DNA of 64,000 bases from assembly GCA_904063045.1 (NCBI GenBank), contig CAJFCJ010000003.1:2528504-2592503 (forward strand), written 5' to 3'. The first letter of the stretch is position 1; the number at the start of each line of letters is the position of its first letter. This stretch comes from Dimorphilus gyrociliatus. Taxonomy: Eukaryota; Animalia; Annelida. The position numbers and the translations under genes were made by a program. The notes beneath the pieces were generated by a model, which was not told the origin of the DNA, made no database searches, and was given only the letters and a program-made list of their open reading frames with translations. Positions 38,005 through 51,549 of this stretch are shown in pieces.

Positions 38005-39289
38005 ATGGAACAGCGGCTTGGTAGTTCGGCTATACCTAATTTATTAACTATTTGTATTCGTAATTTAGCAACTAATTTAAAATACGCAAAAATTGAACAA
38101 TGGAGAGAATTAGATGATCTACCTAGAAATCTTAAGGACAAACTTTTATTGATATTAAGTAAGAGAGGCCAGTTAGACGACGATAATATATCTTACGTAC
38201 GTGAAGAGATAGAATGCGTTTATTATTAATATTACATAATATTTTCAGTTGTTGCACAATAATATTTCAAACCTGGATCTATCAGAATCCCAAATAAAAT
38301 CTACAGGATTCCAATATATTGGCGAAATTTGCAAAAATCTAAGAAAATTTAATCTAAATGCATTAAAGAAAAATAGATTAAATATTTCCGAATCTCACCT
38401 TAACGTTATCTTCGAAAACTGCATAGGACTAACAATTATATATCTACGAAGATGCTGTTCTCTCTCCAAGGAGTGTCTTATTAGAATACCAAAAAATTGC
38501 CCAAAATTAGTCGAATTAGACCTGACAGGTGTGACAAGTATAGACGACGATTTCCTGAGCATCCTGTCACAAAATTGTGAAAATATAAAGAGTCTAAATT
38601 TGGCCCAAACTTCGGTTTGTAAACAGATAAGAGAAAACTACACTTACTAAATAATATATAGATTTTTTTCTGAATATATGATGTAAGCAAACATTATAAA
38701 TTTAAAAAACAAACAAAAAAGACAGAATGTATAATAGATAAAGAAAATTTAAGTAGCATAAACTGCATATTTAATTTTTCTGTATTGGTCCATATTGTCA
38801 ACAGATTACTGATGAAGGGATTTACAGACTTTCACAAAGCAATACTTCATCAGCGTTAAATGAGTTAAACGTTAGTAAATGTACTAAACTAACTGATGAA
38901 TCTGTTGAAGCTGTCATGATGTTCTGCAAAAATATCAGAATTTTTATTGTCCACGGTTGTCCATTAATGTCTGGTTAGTTAATTTATTATAAATAATATC
39001 GTAGTATTTATTTAGATAAATGCATAAGTTCATCCTCTAGAATTTTAATATGTAATTTAGATACTCTTTCCTCTTAGAAACTATTTAAAGTACAATAGAA
39101 GTCGATATAATTAAATTACTGTCCTTTAATTATAGCTTCTACTTGCATTTTTCTTTTCTTCATTCATTGCAATTTATATTATTCCGTTTGTTTACTTTTG
39201 TTTCAGAAAACGTCACACAAGCATTAGAAGAACTTTGGCTACGCGATACAACTAATAAAGTAAAACAGATCAGTTGGACAATCAATTAG
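38005..39289 (+). CDS. AMN1: AMN1 homolog (leucine-rich repeat protein), 4 exons, 269 aa
   Basis: Exons 38005-38196, 38249-38614, 38805-38973, 39207-39289. LPRNLKDKLLLILSKRGQLDDDNIS, LNALKKNRLNI, LRRCCSL, LTDESVEAVMMFC..IRIFIVHGCPLMS and KVKQISWTI track recalled human AMN1 along its whole length. Confidence 0.9.
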
Positions 39290-40330
39290 AAGTAATTAAA
39301 TATGCAGTCTATTTTTTCAAGAAATTTAACATTCAAATCATTCCTTTCATTTTCCCATCAAATAAATTTGGATAAAGACGAAAGAAAGTAAAGCAAAGAA
39401 TAAGAATAGGACTTTTTGTATAAATTATCCTCTAATAGAAAAAGAGACGACTAAAAGATAATTGATAAGAGATGATTTTTTTCCCTTTATCTCATTTAAT
39501 GTTATTCTCTAAATTAGTTCTGAAGAAATAAGAATCAAAGTAAAATGAAATTACTATTAATTAACTAATTCATAGATTAAAGTTAACAATATAATCTTAT
39601 AGTAATAAAAATATTCCTCAGGCTAAAATGAAATCTTCTCCTGCCTTCTATATAAACTATGCCTTATTCTTATTTGTTCTAGTTATACTGTATTTCTGTT
39701 CTATTACAATGCAAACAAGATGAATAGATTTTAAAGGTTTCATAATTTACCGTATTCTCTACAAACTGTACATTTTTAAGCTATATTTTGTATTTTATTC
39801 GTGTTATAACTCTTTAGGCGATTGCCTTTTTATTCTGCAATAAATATCTTATCCATCAATTATACCGTATAATCATTATTGAATATATTTGATTAAAATG
39901 TCTAAATTTGTTTGTTTTAGGTAATATTATCAATATTCTTAGGTAAAAGTGAGTATACGATACGCAGTATATATATACATTGGCCTAATTATTTGACGTA
40001 TCTTTTGAAATTTATATAAAGTTCTTTATAGTTTTTTTTCCCTTTAAAATGATAGGACATTGAGTGGTAATTATGGTCTTTACTTTTTTAGAGAAATAAC
40101 CATATGTATATGAACGATTATAACATCTAGAGGATTTTACAGTCAATACATAGGTACCAAATATACAATATATACATTTTGAAGAGTTACTTTCTTTCTT
40201 TTTTTTTCTTTTCTAAGATGCCTTTCTTCTTTCGCTCTTGTAATAATAGGACAGAGGCAAACAGAGAGAGAGAGAGGATATATATATATATATATATCAG
40301 TGGATTGATAGATAAAGAGGGAGAGGGAAT

Positions 40331-43020
40331 TTATCGTTTTTTATCCACTTGTTCAACAAGAGTATAGCTCTGGACTATTCGTTTCCTTGGTTTTTCTAGC
40401 ATTTCTCTCCATTGTCGATGTGAGTGATGGTATGAAGGACCTATAGCAATTCCACCTATCAGTTGATCACTGCCTAAAACGTCGTGGTCGAAGACTTTTA
40501 TATGCAAATCAACTTCATCAATACTTTCGTAAGGAACGTCGAAAACAACTGATTCGTTGAAAACTGGGTTTAGGGTCTTCGCTTGAATCGATGTTTTTTT
40601 CTTTTTTAATTTCTTTAAGCCACACATTAAATATACCTTAACATAAGGATCTGAAATTAATAGATATAAGAATATAATGGCGGTCTTAATTGATTAATTA
40701 TTAAATTTTATTATCAATATGCATTTACCGGAAAGTCCATTGGAGTCCATTGCCTTTAAATTGGTTGCTTTAATAACATTTACAGTTAAACGACCAGCCG
40801 TTGGCAAGTAGCAGAGGGATAGCATTAGTTCACCGATATTTGTTTCGCTCTGTCACGTTTATCGTGAGTTGTTTACATTATTTTTTAAAAAGCGTAGGCC
40901 ATTCAATAAATTCCCTATTGTCGTGATCCTTACACTAATGAGATTAGGATCAAGATACTTATCCCAATTTTTTGTTTCAACACGATAATTAATCAATTGT
41001 TCTATAAATAAGATTCTTGAAACCCATATTTTATGTAATCTGCACGTTTGCAGGTTGTTTTTAATGTGGTTGAGTTAGCCACAGCTATTATCAGTTTGTA
41101 AGTTTCCCTTTGTTAAGACTATCAACAGAGGAAGTATATTAGATAGACGATTTGAAAGTGGACAATATACCTTGATTGCATGAGCTAAATAGTATTGTTT
41201 TAAAAAACTAGCCTAATTATCTAAATACTTAAAAAATATTTTCATCTGTTACGTGTTATTTAAATTAATCTGTACCTTTATATTCTTTTCATTCTACATA
41301 ATATTACTTCTATTATCGTTCGGTAAAAAAAATCTATTAAATTTCTTTCATATGTCTGAAATTTTGACAAAATGACAAGCTTCCAAGAAGGAAAATCATT
41401 TCAGTGTTAGGGATCTTCTTTAATTTCCCCAGTATACACTTCATTCACTAAATAAATAAGTAAATACGGATTGTTTTGTTATCTAAAATAAACTATATGA
41501 ATAATATATGCTAAATAATTGATAACGTAAAGAAAAATATTCATATGTAGTACGTCGTATAAAAGGTGCATCTGCATCCATAGATATAGAATGTAAAACA
41601 AGACAAACTACTCTATTGTTAGAAAGTATTCTAACATTTATCTTTGTAAAATACTTTACCTTTAAAACTATTGCTTAGAATCAGCATACTAAATTTTAGG
41701 CTGTATAAAAACAAGACTAGAAATAAAATTAGGATCAATAGAACCTATATATTTAAATTTTCATGATGGCTGATTAAAGGATTTAAGTACTGTAAACGAA
41801 AGCAGGCTGGTGCTATAATGTATGAACTGTTAATTCATCAGATCATTGTTTATATTGCACTTATTACAACTAGCATTCCATCATCCATAGAAGGTAGAGT
41901 TATTAGTAAACTTTCACCAATTTTTATATCCTTATCTACGTCTACACATGCAATACATACAGTATATACATATTAGAATATATATATCTATATATACAAC
42001 TATATATATGTATATATGTTATATAAATTTTCTATATAATATGTATATATAGAATATATTATAATGTATGCTATCAAATTGTACCGTTATGTAACATATT
42101 GTATTACGCTTCTACTCAGTTTGGCCCTACGTCTCCCTGAGGAGAGGATTAAATATGTACAAAGTCTAGGAGAAAAATGCCTTTTATAGGAATTCTTTAT
42201 ATCAAATGGCCCGTATATCCTCTTAAGTTTTTCCTTCTTCCCTCGGTTAAAGGATAAAATATCTTACCTGTTTACCGCAAGCCAGTTTGGATGCGAATTC
42301 TTTGGTCTCGGTGGGGATTTCTTCAATGATTACAGATCCAATAAGATCATGCCTAGAAAACTTGTCGAAGTCACATACGTCTAAATGTAGAGATTTTTTT
42401 CCTAGTTTATCAACAGTTAATGGAAACGTAAAAGTTTCATTAAAAGATGGTGACAAACTTTTACGTTGCACTTTAGTCTGAAAACGTCTTCGTTTGTCAG
42501 GATGTAGGTATACTCTTACATAAGGGTCTGCAGTTCCACTAAAATCTTTCGGTGGCAAATTCTCCGCCTTATCAATGCTTACACTTAAAGCTGAGTTTTC
42601 ACTTTCATAACTAACTCGAAAGTATAATAACGGGTCTTTTTCAGGCGTTGGATGATTAATGGTTTTGTAAAGCTCTGGTCTTATTTGGTCCACAGGCTGT
42701 TCTTTACATTTAATGCTATGTATCGTAAACTCCACATTTGACATATCTATATTAGACGTCTGTCGCCTAAATGTTTCATGACGGTCTAAAATGGTAGGCA
42801 GGGTACTCTGCTTGATCACCTTTAAATAATTCGTTCTACTTTTCTGTAATTGCTCTCTTGTCAAGTCAGGAGTGCTTTGGCTTATTGTACTATGCAATAA
42901 AGGTGGGCATTGTTTGTCTTGATGTTTTCGACGCCTATAAACATAGCATGTTACACCTGCTGCGATTAAGATTAGGAAGATGAGACTCGAAGCTATGGCG
43001 GATAGGATTATAGAAATCAT
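40331..43020 (-). CDS. SYT9: Synaptotagmin of the Syt3/6/9/10 class, 3 coding exons, 397 aa
   Basis: Exons 43020-42268, 40849-40729, 40650-40331. N-terminal TM, class-typical RHETFRRQ...IRPELYK linker, C2A ([23 protein letters not shown]) and C2B ([36 protein letters not shown]). All Ca2+-ligand Asp positions are present. Confidence 0.85.
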
Positions 43021-45243
43021 GCCTGAAAAAATAACAGAAATAAAAAATACATTATGTTTACATACAAAGCTTATTTACAGGTTATCGCTTCGAGAGAGAA
43101 ATGAAATTAATAGGGAGTAAATTTTTTCGAGCGGGGGCGTCTTCAAATAATCAGGGAATAATGCTATGGGATTTTTCTATGCTATGATATTCTATTTTTA
43201 TAAGTGTTACAAACGTTTACATACATAGATATATAATTATATATACAGTATGGATATATATATATACTGCTTATTCTGTATTTTCTTTCTACCCTATTCA
43301 GAGATTCCGTTCTCTAATACTATTGTCCCATAAGAAATTTTTCTTTTCCTTCTCCAGAATTACTTAATATTCATATACGCTAGTTATAAGACATCTTTAT
43401 ATAGTTTTTATGCCTACGTTTTGAAAAATAAAAAAACACATCTTATTTGATTATAGTTTTTTATATGTCTTTTTCTATTTTCTTTAAAGGCTTGCATACC
43501 TCTCACCTTTTACTTCCTACGAACGTTAGTATCCTTGTAATTTGCAGATGTATCTGCTAGTCACAGAGTATCTTTACATCTCATATCGTCTTTAATTATG
43601 TTGTAAATGATATATTTAACCATAAAAAATTCTTTTAAATTATAATTATGACAGTGGCGTCTAATTTCTAAAAAAAAAGAAAAACATTCATTCTTCAGCT
43701 AGATAACAAAAAAAAAGAAGGAAAAGGAAATTTTTTTCACCATTCATCATAAATAGCCATTTATAAATACCATATATATTTAATTTAAAAAAAATTAATA
43801 CTCATATTTCTCTAAGAGACGCTATTGAACAAATAGTATATATTTTTTTTGTGAAACTATTTAACTGGGAAAAAACAATGAAAAACGTAGGATTATAATG
43901 CTCTGTTATTGCTGGAAAAGGGAATGATTGATGCAGGGACAATATCTAAATAACGTGCCGTTTTCTATTAATATATCTCTAAAATTTTTATTGTATAATT
44001 TCCGTTTTTTACTGAAAACAAAAAGTGATAGTTGCCTTCTACTTCACTGTACATATCGCTATTATTCTATTAGGATTGTATATTTTTTATACAATACCTA
44101 TCTATGCATCGTGTTAGTGTTAATGCCCTGTAAGAAAAAAAAGTTATCGTGACAATTTCCTCTCAGAGCTTTCTTAACTTTCTTCATGAACATAATGGCA
44201 AACTACACAAGTGCTCAGTTGTTGACTACAGTTACTAATTTAATCATTTGACCTAATAAAGTAGATATATTCTCCATAAGAAATTACCAGTATTATTTGC
44301 CTTTTTTCCTGTAATTTTCAATATATAATCAGGACAGCACATCTACTAAATGTGTATATACAACGTGTGTAGATGAGTTTGTAAATTACTTGATATTCAT
44401 AACATTGATATTTGAAAAGCATTCTGGTTCTATCTTCCTTATGAAGAGCAACATGAAAAATATGTTTTCTAAATGCTTCCCTAAGTCTTTGCATATAAAT
44501 TATGAATAGAAAATGTAAATACTTTAAACAGTCAACAAGATGTAATTATTATTTTTTGTAATTTAGCCTAAAGTATCAAAAAAGATGATTGAATATGAAA
44601 CTTTTAATGAAAACTGATAGTTTCTTTGAATTGATATAAAATTTACAATCTTCCTCTTCTTTTCTAGATTCTTGTTCCCTTTTTATATATAATTATATGT
44701 AATATATAATATAATAATTAAATATATTAACGTTAAAGGGCATACTTGATGAAAAACAAATTCTAGAAATTATTTTCGACCAAGGTCTCCGAGTCTCTTA
44801 TGAGAAATTGGAAGACTAATTAATTGTTTGTTATCATATAAGTTTATTTTTACAATATTCATACATCTAGATACTTATTTTTTGTGAAGGACATTCTTTA
44901 GAACGCCTATTTTAGCTTATTTATACTACATATATACTGTATAAAATCAACGCCTACGATTTCTAATTCCATTTTCATGCATGTATCTATGACTAAATAA
45001 TATTTTATAGAGCAATTAAAGAAGGGAAAATTTTAATTAGAATGGTATTTTAATTAATTAAAAGCTAATTTGTTTATTTGCCATTCTTATATTCAATATA
45101 GACAGTAAATGTTAATTATCTTTCACTAATTTGGAAGTTTCTCAATTTGTAACTACAGCATTTCGCATATTTCTGGGGAAAGATAAGATGATTTTTTTAT
45201 AATAGAAAAAAAGGAAGGTAAATAGTAATCTTGGATAGGAGAA

Positions 45244-45245
<2 letters not shown>

Positions 45246-45294
<49 letters not shown>
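45246..45294. repeat. (TA)n microsatellite
   Basis: About 24 TA units, the longest such run seen in the window. Confidence 0.92.
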
Positions 45295-45296
<2 letters not shown>

Positions 45297-45416
45297 CATT
45301 AATAATTTATTTGTAGGCTAATAGTTGCAAAATTATCTATTACAGAAATAATGAAAAGAAAATGTTACAATAGGATTAAAAAAAAGTATAAAAGCATTGA
45401 GAGAAGCAAAACTCAC

Positions 45417-45530
45417 CTCTTTCGTTTCTTTCAGTCCGTCGCCTATTGACGACTTGACGTCACGTTAGGATTTATGGGTCCGTGGAAGCGTCACCTATAC
45501 ATCTATATCAAACTAAGGCGCCACCTATAC
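45417..45530 (-). promoter_or_regulatory. Probable promoter and non-coding first exon of the Syt9-class gene
   Basis: Minus-strand donor GAG|GTGAGT at 45417/45416 pairs with the acceptor TTTCAG just before the ATG (43024-43023). GC-rich island with CRE TGACGTCA at 45455-45462 and the direct repeat GCGYCACCTATAC at 45488 and 45518. Confidence 0.55.
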
Positions 45531-48500
45531 GTACAACTTATATTATATGTTTATTTCGACTTTTTAATTTAAAAAAACTAGGTCACAACTAATTAAATTC
45601 ATTATAGTGCATGTACTATACTACTGAGAATCAAAATATTACCAAAAAAGATGATTTGATATTTTAAAAATCGTAAAGTAATAATGAAAAATTAGCACAT
45701 ATAATACTATTTCAGAATAAAAATTTGATCACTACCATTTCAACATCATTACATTGATTTCTCTTACAAAAACTAATTAAATAAATTATATAAATATAAG
45801 ACAAAATGGAGAAAAGAAACTATTATTACCATTTTTTTATTTATTTATTTTTTAAATACATATTTCGTCAGAACATGAGCAATATTCTCCTAAATAATTC
45901 CACTTATCTGAAGGTTAATTAAGAAAAAGAAATTATGAATTTATGTTATATCTTTACACATTATAACGATTAAAATATAATGCACTCTATAAGAGATTTG
46001 TTTATTTGGAATTAACATAGTTTTCCTGTTGAAAATTGCATAATAATTTCTATCATTCCCAATTCTAATCTTCTTTTAAGGAATAAGAGAAATGGTAGTG
46101 TTTAGGGAAAAAAATGAAATAATAAAATATATCATATATTTTGAAAATAGACAATAGAGAGTTTTTTTTTTCTACATAGCTATCTTTTGTTTGGCAGCAG
46201 AAAAAAATGTTAATCAATAAAATGATGTTAGTTCTGTAAACAAAACAAGAAAAATTTGATTTTTTTAGGTTTTCTCATATTACACATGTTAGCTTAAATA
46301 AAACTTGGTTTCTTTTTAAAAAAAAAAACAAGAAAACTACGATGATTTGCGTTTTTCGAATGGAAGGAGGAGAAATAGTCAAAGACTGCATAGTAGCATA
46401 CTGAATATAAAATGAGGCAGTGGTAAAGCAAAATTAAATTATTTGTAGAAGGAAAATGTAACATAAACAAAAAGCCAATGTTGCAAACTACTCTTGAATT
46501 ATTCACTCATAAAATATTTCCCAACCAAATTATCTTATATGTCGTTAAATGTAAAATATCTAATTTATCTAACATCCTCTTCTTTTCATACTTTTTGAAT
46601 TAGCAAAAAGATGAAAAAAAATTAATTAAATTAATAGAAAAGAGTAATTGTTTATATATACTTCTATCCGTACGTGTTACTTTAACTAAATACATTGTAA
46701 GTAATACTCTTACTATAAAAAAATATTTAACTAGATGCTTTATATTGCCTGAATACAATTAAAATATTAATGAATTAGTCACTTTTAATCCTCTATTTGA
46801 AGCAAGGACTGTTTTTTTTAGTCTAGAATGATTATTTACCCTTTATCCGTTGCGATAGTCTAATATAATAGTATGCTAAACACGATTACAAAGCGAAAAA
46901 AATGTAAATAGAAAATGGGAAGGAAAAGATGAAGTTCCTTTTCATAAGTTCCAGCTTTTAATTGATAGAAAATTGAAGCGGAAAATAAACTACTTAAACT
47001 ACTTTTATTGTTAATGTTTTACTTATAGAAAGTCCATTTCTTTTGTTGGTCTTCTAAGAAAAAATACCAGTTAATTGCAGTATATTACAAACGACATATA
47101 AAAAACTTAAGCAGGTAGAAAAAAAGAAAAACGGAGAGGAAAATAAGTAATATCTGACTTTATTGACTATAACTAGATTATGTAGAATTACGATTTAATA
47201 TATTCAAAGACAATAATAACTTTACATTCCTTTTTAGTTGTCTAATGTTATAAGTATACCTTGTAATGATTTTTTCTAGCACATTCCCATTCTTACGTTA
47301 GTGATATATTTAGACTGTTAAGCTAAATGTTATCAATCGAGTGGATAATACATCACTTTCTTTATTATTTTATCAGATGTAAAAGTTTATTTCTTGTAAA
47401 ATGATTTAGATTATTAAATCAACCTTTATTTCTTCATCTTCTTTTTTCATATATAAATCTATTATTATCTCTCTACTTGAATTCCATTCGAGTGATCTTT
47501 GTTATATTTCAATTTCATTTAATATTATTTTAAATTTATTTAAAAATGGTTTTTATTGAAAACACAACACTATAGAATGAAATACGAAAACATCCATAAA
47601 ATGTTTTTCATAGTTTATACATTAAGTATAGAGTATATTTATAAAATTGTTTATAAACTACAATACCGCTCTAATGCTTTGAATATACAGTCTTTATTTA
47701 TATATTTACTTATATATGTACTTTATTCGTACTACATTTATTTATTGTGCATTTAAATGTAGAATCTTCTAAAGAAGCACAATCTAGACGATCTGTTCCG
47801 ATATATCTATCGCTTTTATCCAGCCTTTATTCTTAATTAGGCCTGTACACTTTATATTCTCTTTAAAGGTGCCATCTAGCGACGAAAACACCAAAGAATA
47901 TTTTTACTTCAATCCATTAAACTACTAAAGTTAATCATGCGTTGAAAAAGAAAGGCCTACAAAGTATTGGTTCCAACAAAAGCCTTGATATCTGTTCTGC
48001 TCTTTATATGTATATATATATATAACTATATTCTTATATTGAATACCTCGACTTATTGTAGCATACAAGTTGATCGACCGGTATTCTATTTAATAAATCA
48101 ATATGTTTTTTCTGTTCGAAAATGCAAGACAAGATGCTTAGAATGATAAATTAGGTATTAACATCGGTAATCTTTTCTTTATCTATAACTTTTAAAATGT
48201 TCAAGAGGCAACCTATCTTAGATAATATTGCTTCGATTAAAAAATATTTCGCCTACGCCTTTAGTGATAATTTGCTATATACTAACTTGAGGCCAACTAT
48301 GATCAAATAAGATCAATATCCGAGATTTAATAATAATTTGTAATTTAATGTAAGTATATATACACAATATGCAAGAACAATATTCTGTGCATATATTGAA
48401 ATTTATGGTGTATAATTATATTAAATATACATGGTATATAGATGAATGTAGAGCATATACATGTATAATATCTGTATATGTGTATATGTATGTGTTGATA

Positions 48501-48770
48501 TATATCTATATATATATATATATATATATATATTTTATATATCAATATATTTAAAATTTTTGAAATACACAAGCTAAATAGCTAAGTGGCAACATTAAAA
48601 ACATGTCAAAACGTGCTAAATGAACTTAGTTACCAAAGAAAATATCTTTAAATTGTATTAAATTATTCGTATTAAAATCTTTGTATGTCATATTAGGGAT
48701 TGTTTAACAACTAATACTTTAATTAGGCCTTAGTAATATATTTCTTTTCAGGCAAATCTAATGACAGAAT

Positions 48771-50688
48771 ATGAATTTTACAACACTATCTCCAGATTTA
48801 CTTTTCAACATTACGACTACTCCTCCTCTAAAGAATATTATCGAGAATAAACTGAACATATTGAAATCACGTAGGTTATGTTTAATAAGTATTTTATTAT
48901 TTCCCTTGTGGCGGTATTATTAAGGATTTGACATAGCAAAGCTTCTCTTGTTTTGTGTTGCCTTTTTTCGCCCTCTTCTTCTCCCTCTCCCTCTCTCTCT
49001 CCCCCCTCTCTGCCTTCCCCTATTTTCAACTTTACTTTGTCTTTACACCTTTTCCTAAAACACCTCAATTTCAATAAATGTCAAAGACGAAATGACTACC
49101 TATGACATTTGTTTGATAACTAATTCCTATCCAAGATATAATCGGTTTGCATAAAAAAAAGAAAGAAAATGCGCCCAGGTAAGCGAATTTTTTAGCTTAA
49201 TAAAAAAAACGCTATTAACGCCACACTTTTTTATCTTAAATGTTCATAATTAATGGTTCATGTGAAAAATTTTCAAGCGTTTGGTGTTTGTTTGTATTAG
49301 GCCTAAATATTATATGAAAAGTATAAGACATAAACTAAAATATATTCTTTAATTATCTTTTGTACAGTTCCACTTTGGGTATTAATTTCTTTGGGTGTTC
49401 TATGCCTTTTGGTTTTTATATTATGCTGCTGCGTGTGTATTTTATGCTGTAGAAAGAAACGAAAGAATGGAAAACATTCCATCAACTTAAATTCTACTAA
49501 CTTACCTACCTATGCGGAAAATATTCAGCTAGACGTAGACGAAGTTGATTCTAATCTAATGGATACTAAATACGGAAGATTACAATTCTCTCTGGACTAC
49601 AATTTTAAAAAAGAAGAGCTAAACGTTGGAGTTATTCAAGCATCTGATTTGCCTGGTATGGATGCAACAGGAACGTCAGATCCCTACGTTAAGGTGTTTA
49701 TATTCGGCGAAAATAAACGCTTTGAAACTCAAATTCACAAAAAGACTTTGAATCCAATTTTTAATGAAAGCTTTAATTTTAAAATTCCTTATGTGGAGGT
49801 TGTTAAGAAAATTGTAGTCTTTAAAATGTATGACTATGATAGATTTACGAAAAATGAAGAGATGGGAAGAATTCTAATACCCTTAAATACTATTGATTTA
49901 GGCAGGGTTACAGAAGAGTGGAGAGACTTAATAGCTCCTGATGCTGAGTCTCAAGACGACGTTTTGGGTGATGCATGTCTGTCAATGAGATATGTTCCAA
50001 GTACAGAAAAACTTACCGTTACCGTATTGGAAGCAAAAAATTTGCAACCGAAAGATGGCTCAATCACAGCAGGTAACAATCATTTTCATCAAGCTTACAA
50101 AGTTTTTCCCTATTCTCTAGTGTTGTAAGAACAAAAGATTGTTTACGCTATCTGTATTCTTTCAATGCTTTGTTTTCTGTCTTGGTATGGTGGTAATAAT
50201 TGTTGTTGTTTTTTCCCCGCTATAGATCCGTACATTAAGTTAACGTTATATTTGGAAAAGAAGAGATTGAAGAGGAAAAAAACGACTGTTCGAAAAAAGA
50301 CACTAAATCCATATTACAATGAACAGTTTGTGTTTGATATACCATACGATTGTATTCAAGTACGTTTCACACATTAAAAATCTTATACTACTTTCTAGCT
50401 ATGACTTAGTTAAACTGCATTTTCCTTTACAGAAAGTAAAATTGGTTCTAAAAGTTTATGATTATGATTTAGTAAGATCAAATTTCATAGGTAATGTATA
50501 AATATGCGCCATCTATTGTATAAATCTATCTCTAATGACAATTATAATTTTTTTATAAATTTACAGGTAAAGTTATATTTGGTTGTCAGTCAAACGGCTC
50601 TGGATTAAGACACTGGACAGATACGTTAGCTAATCCAAGGAGACCTATTGCCCAATGGCATATTCTTCAGCCGAATAATAAATCATAA
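48771..50688 (+). CDS. SYT1: Divergent Syt1-class synaptotagmin, 5 coding exons, 372 aa (alternative micro first exon at 49169-49178)
   Basis: Exons 48771-48870, 49368-50072, 50226-50359, 50433-50490, 50567-50688. Lumenal NFT/NIT sequons, LPLWVLI TM with a Cys cluster, [80 protein letters not shown]. It may be a paralogue rather than the main Syt1. Confidence 0.8.
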
Positions 50689-51549
50689 AATATTTTTTAT
50701 TAAAAAGAAAACACTTCTAGTCTTTCTCTACAAAGAGAAACAAGAATAAAGTCGTAGAAACAGCTAACAATTAATATTGAAAACAAAATGCAAAAAGGAG
50801 ATTTTTTTCCTATACAAAGAAATATTTGGTGCCTAAGGAAAACAAACAAATAAATATTTAACTGCAGAATTTTAGAAGACTTTAATTTAATTTCTATCAT
50901 TATCTTAACTATTTAACTGAAATTAGATCTTTTATATTTTATTATTCTTTGTATGCTATAAAGATTGATTTAACTCTTCATTGTTTTGTATTGAATATAT
51001 GTATGTATGTTTTATAAGTTTAAGAAAAACGGTGGGAAAATAGTTTCTTTTGAAAACAGTAAAATGAATAATAAAGTAAGTTGTTGAATATGTATTATTA
51101 ACATAATAATTTTTGTAAAAGAAAGTAGAAAATAAAGCAAACAAACAAAAAATAAACAATAATAAATTAAAGAAATGCGTAACAATTAAGTAGAATAGAA
51201 CGAAATGATGCAACATTATAACAAAAACAATATGAAGAGAAAACAGGAAGTGAAACTGGGAGGAAGGAAGGAGAAAGATAGATTGAAAAAATCATGAAAA
51301 CAGGGAATAAAGGACAGAATATATCTCTCTAACGAGAGACTGTTAGAAAGAATAAGTGAAAGTGGATAGATTATTAAAAAAACATAACTTTATTTATTAA
51401 AACATTTTGCTTTGGTATGAATTAAAGGTTAATATTGTTGTTATTATTTATCTTACATTCATATCAGACAGTAAACATTTTTTTGTATCTGCTCGTCTCT
51501 TTGAAGGCCTGTGTTGCTAATGAGTAACTGTTCCAAATATTTATAAATA

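Noticed and set aside
47556-48572. Ile/Tyr-rich ORFs in this and other AT-rich stretches
   Set aside because: Translations of TA-rich low-complexity DNA with non-ATG starts.
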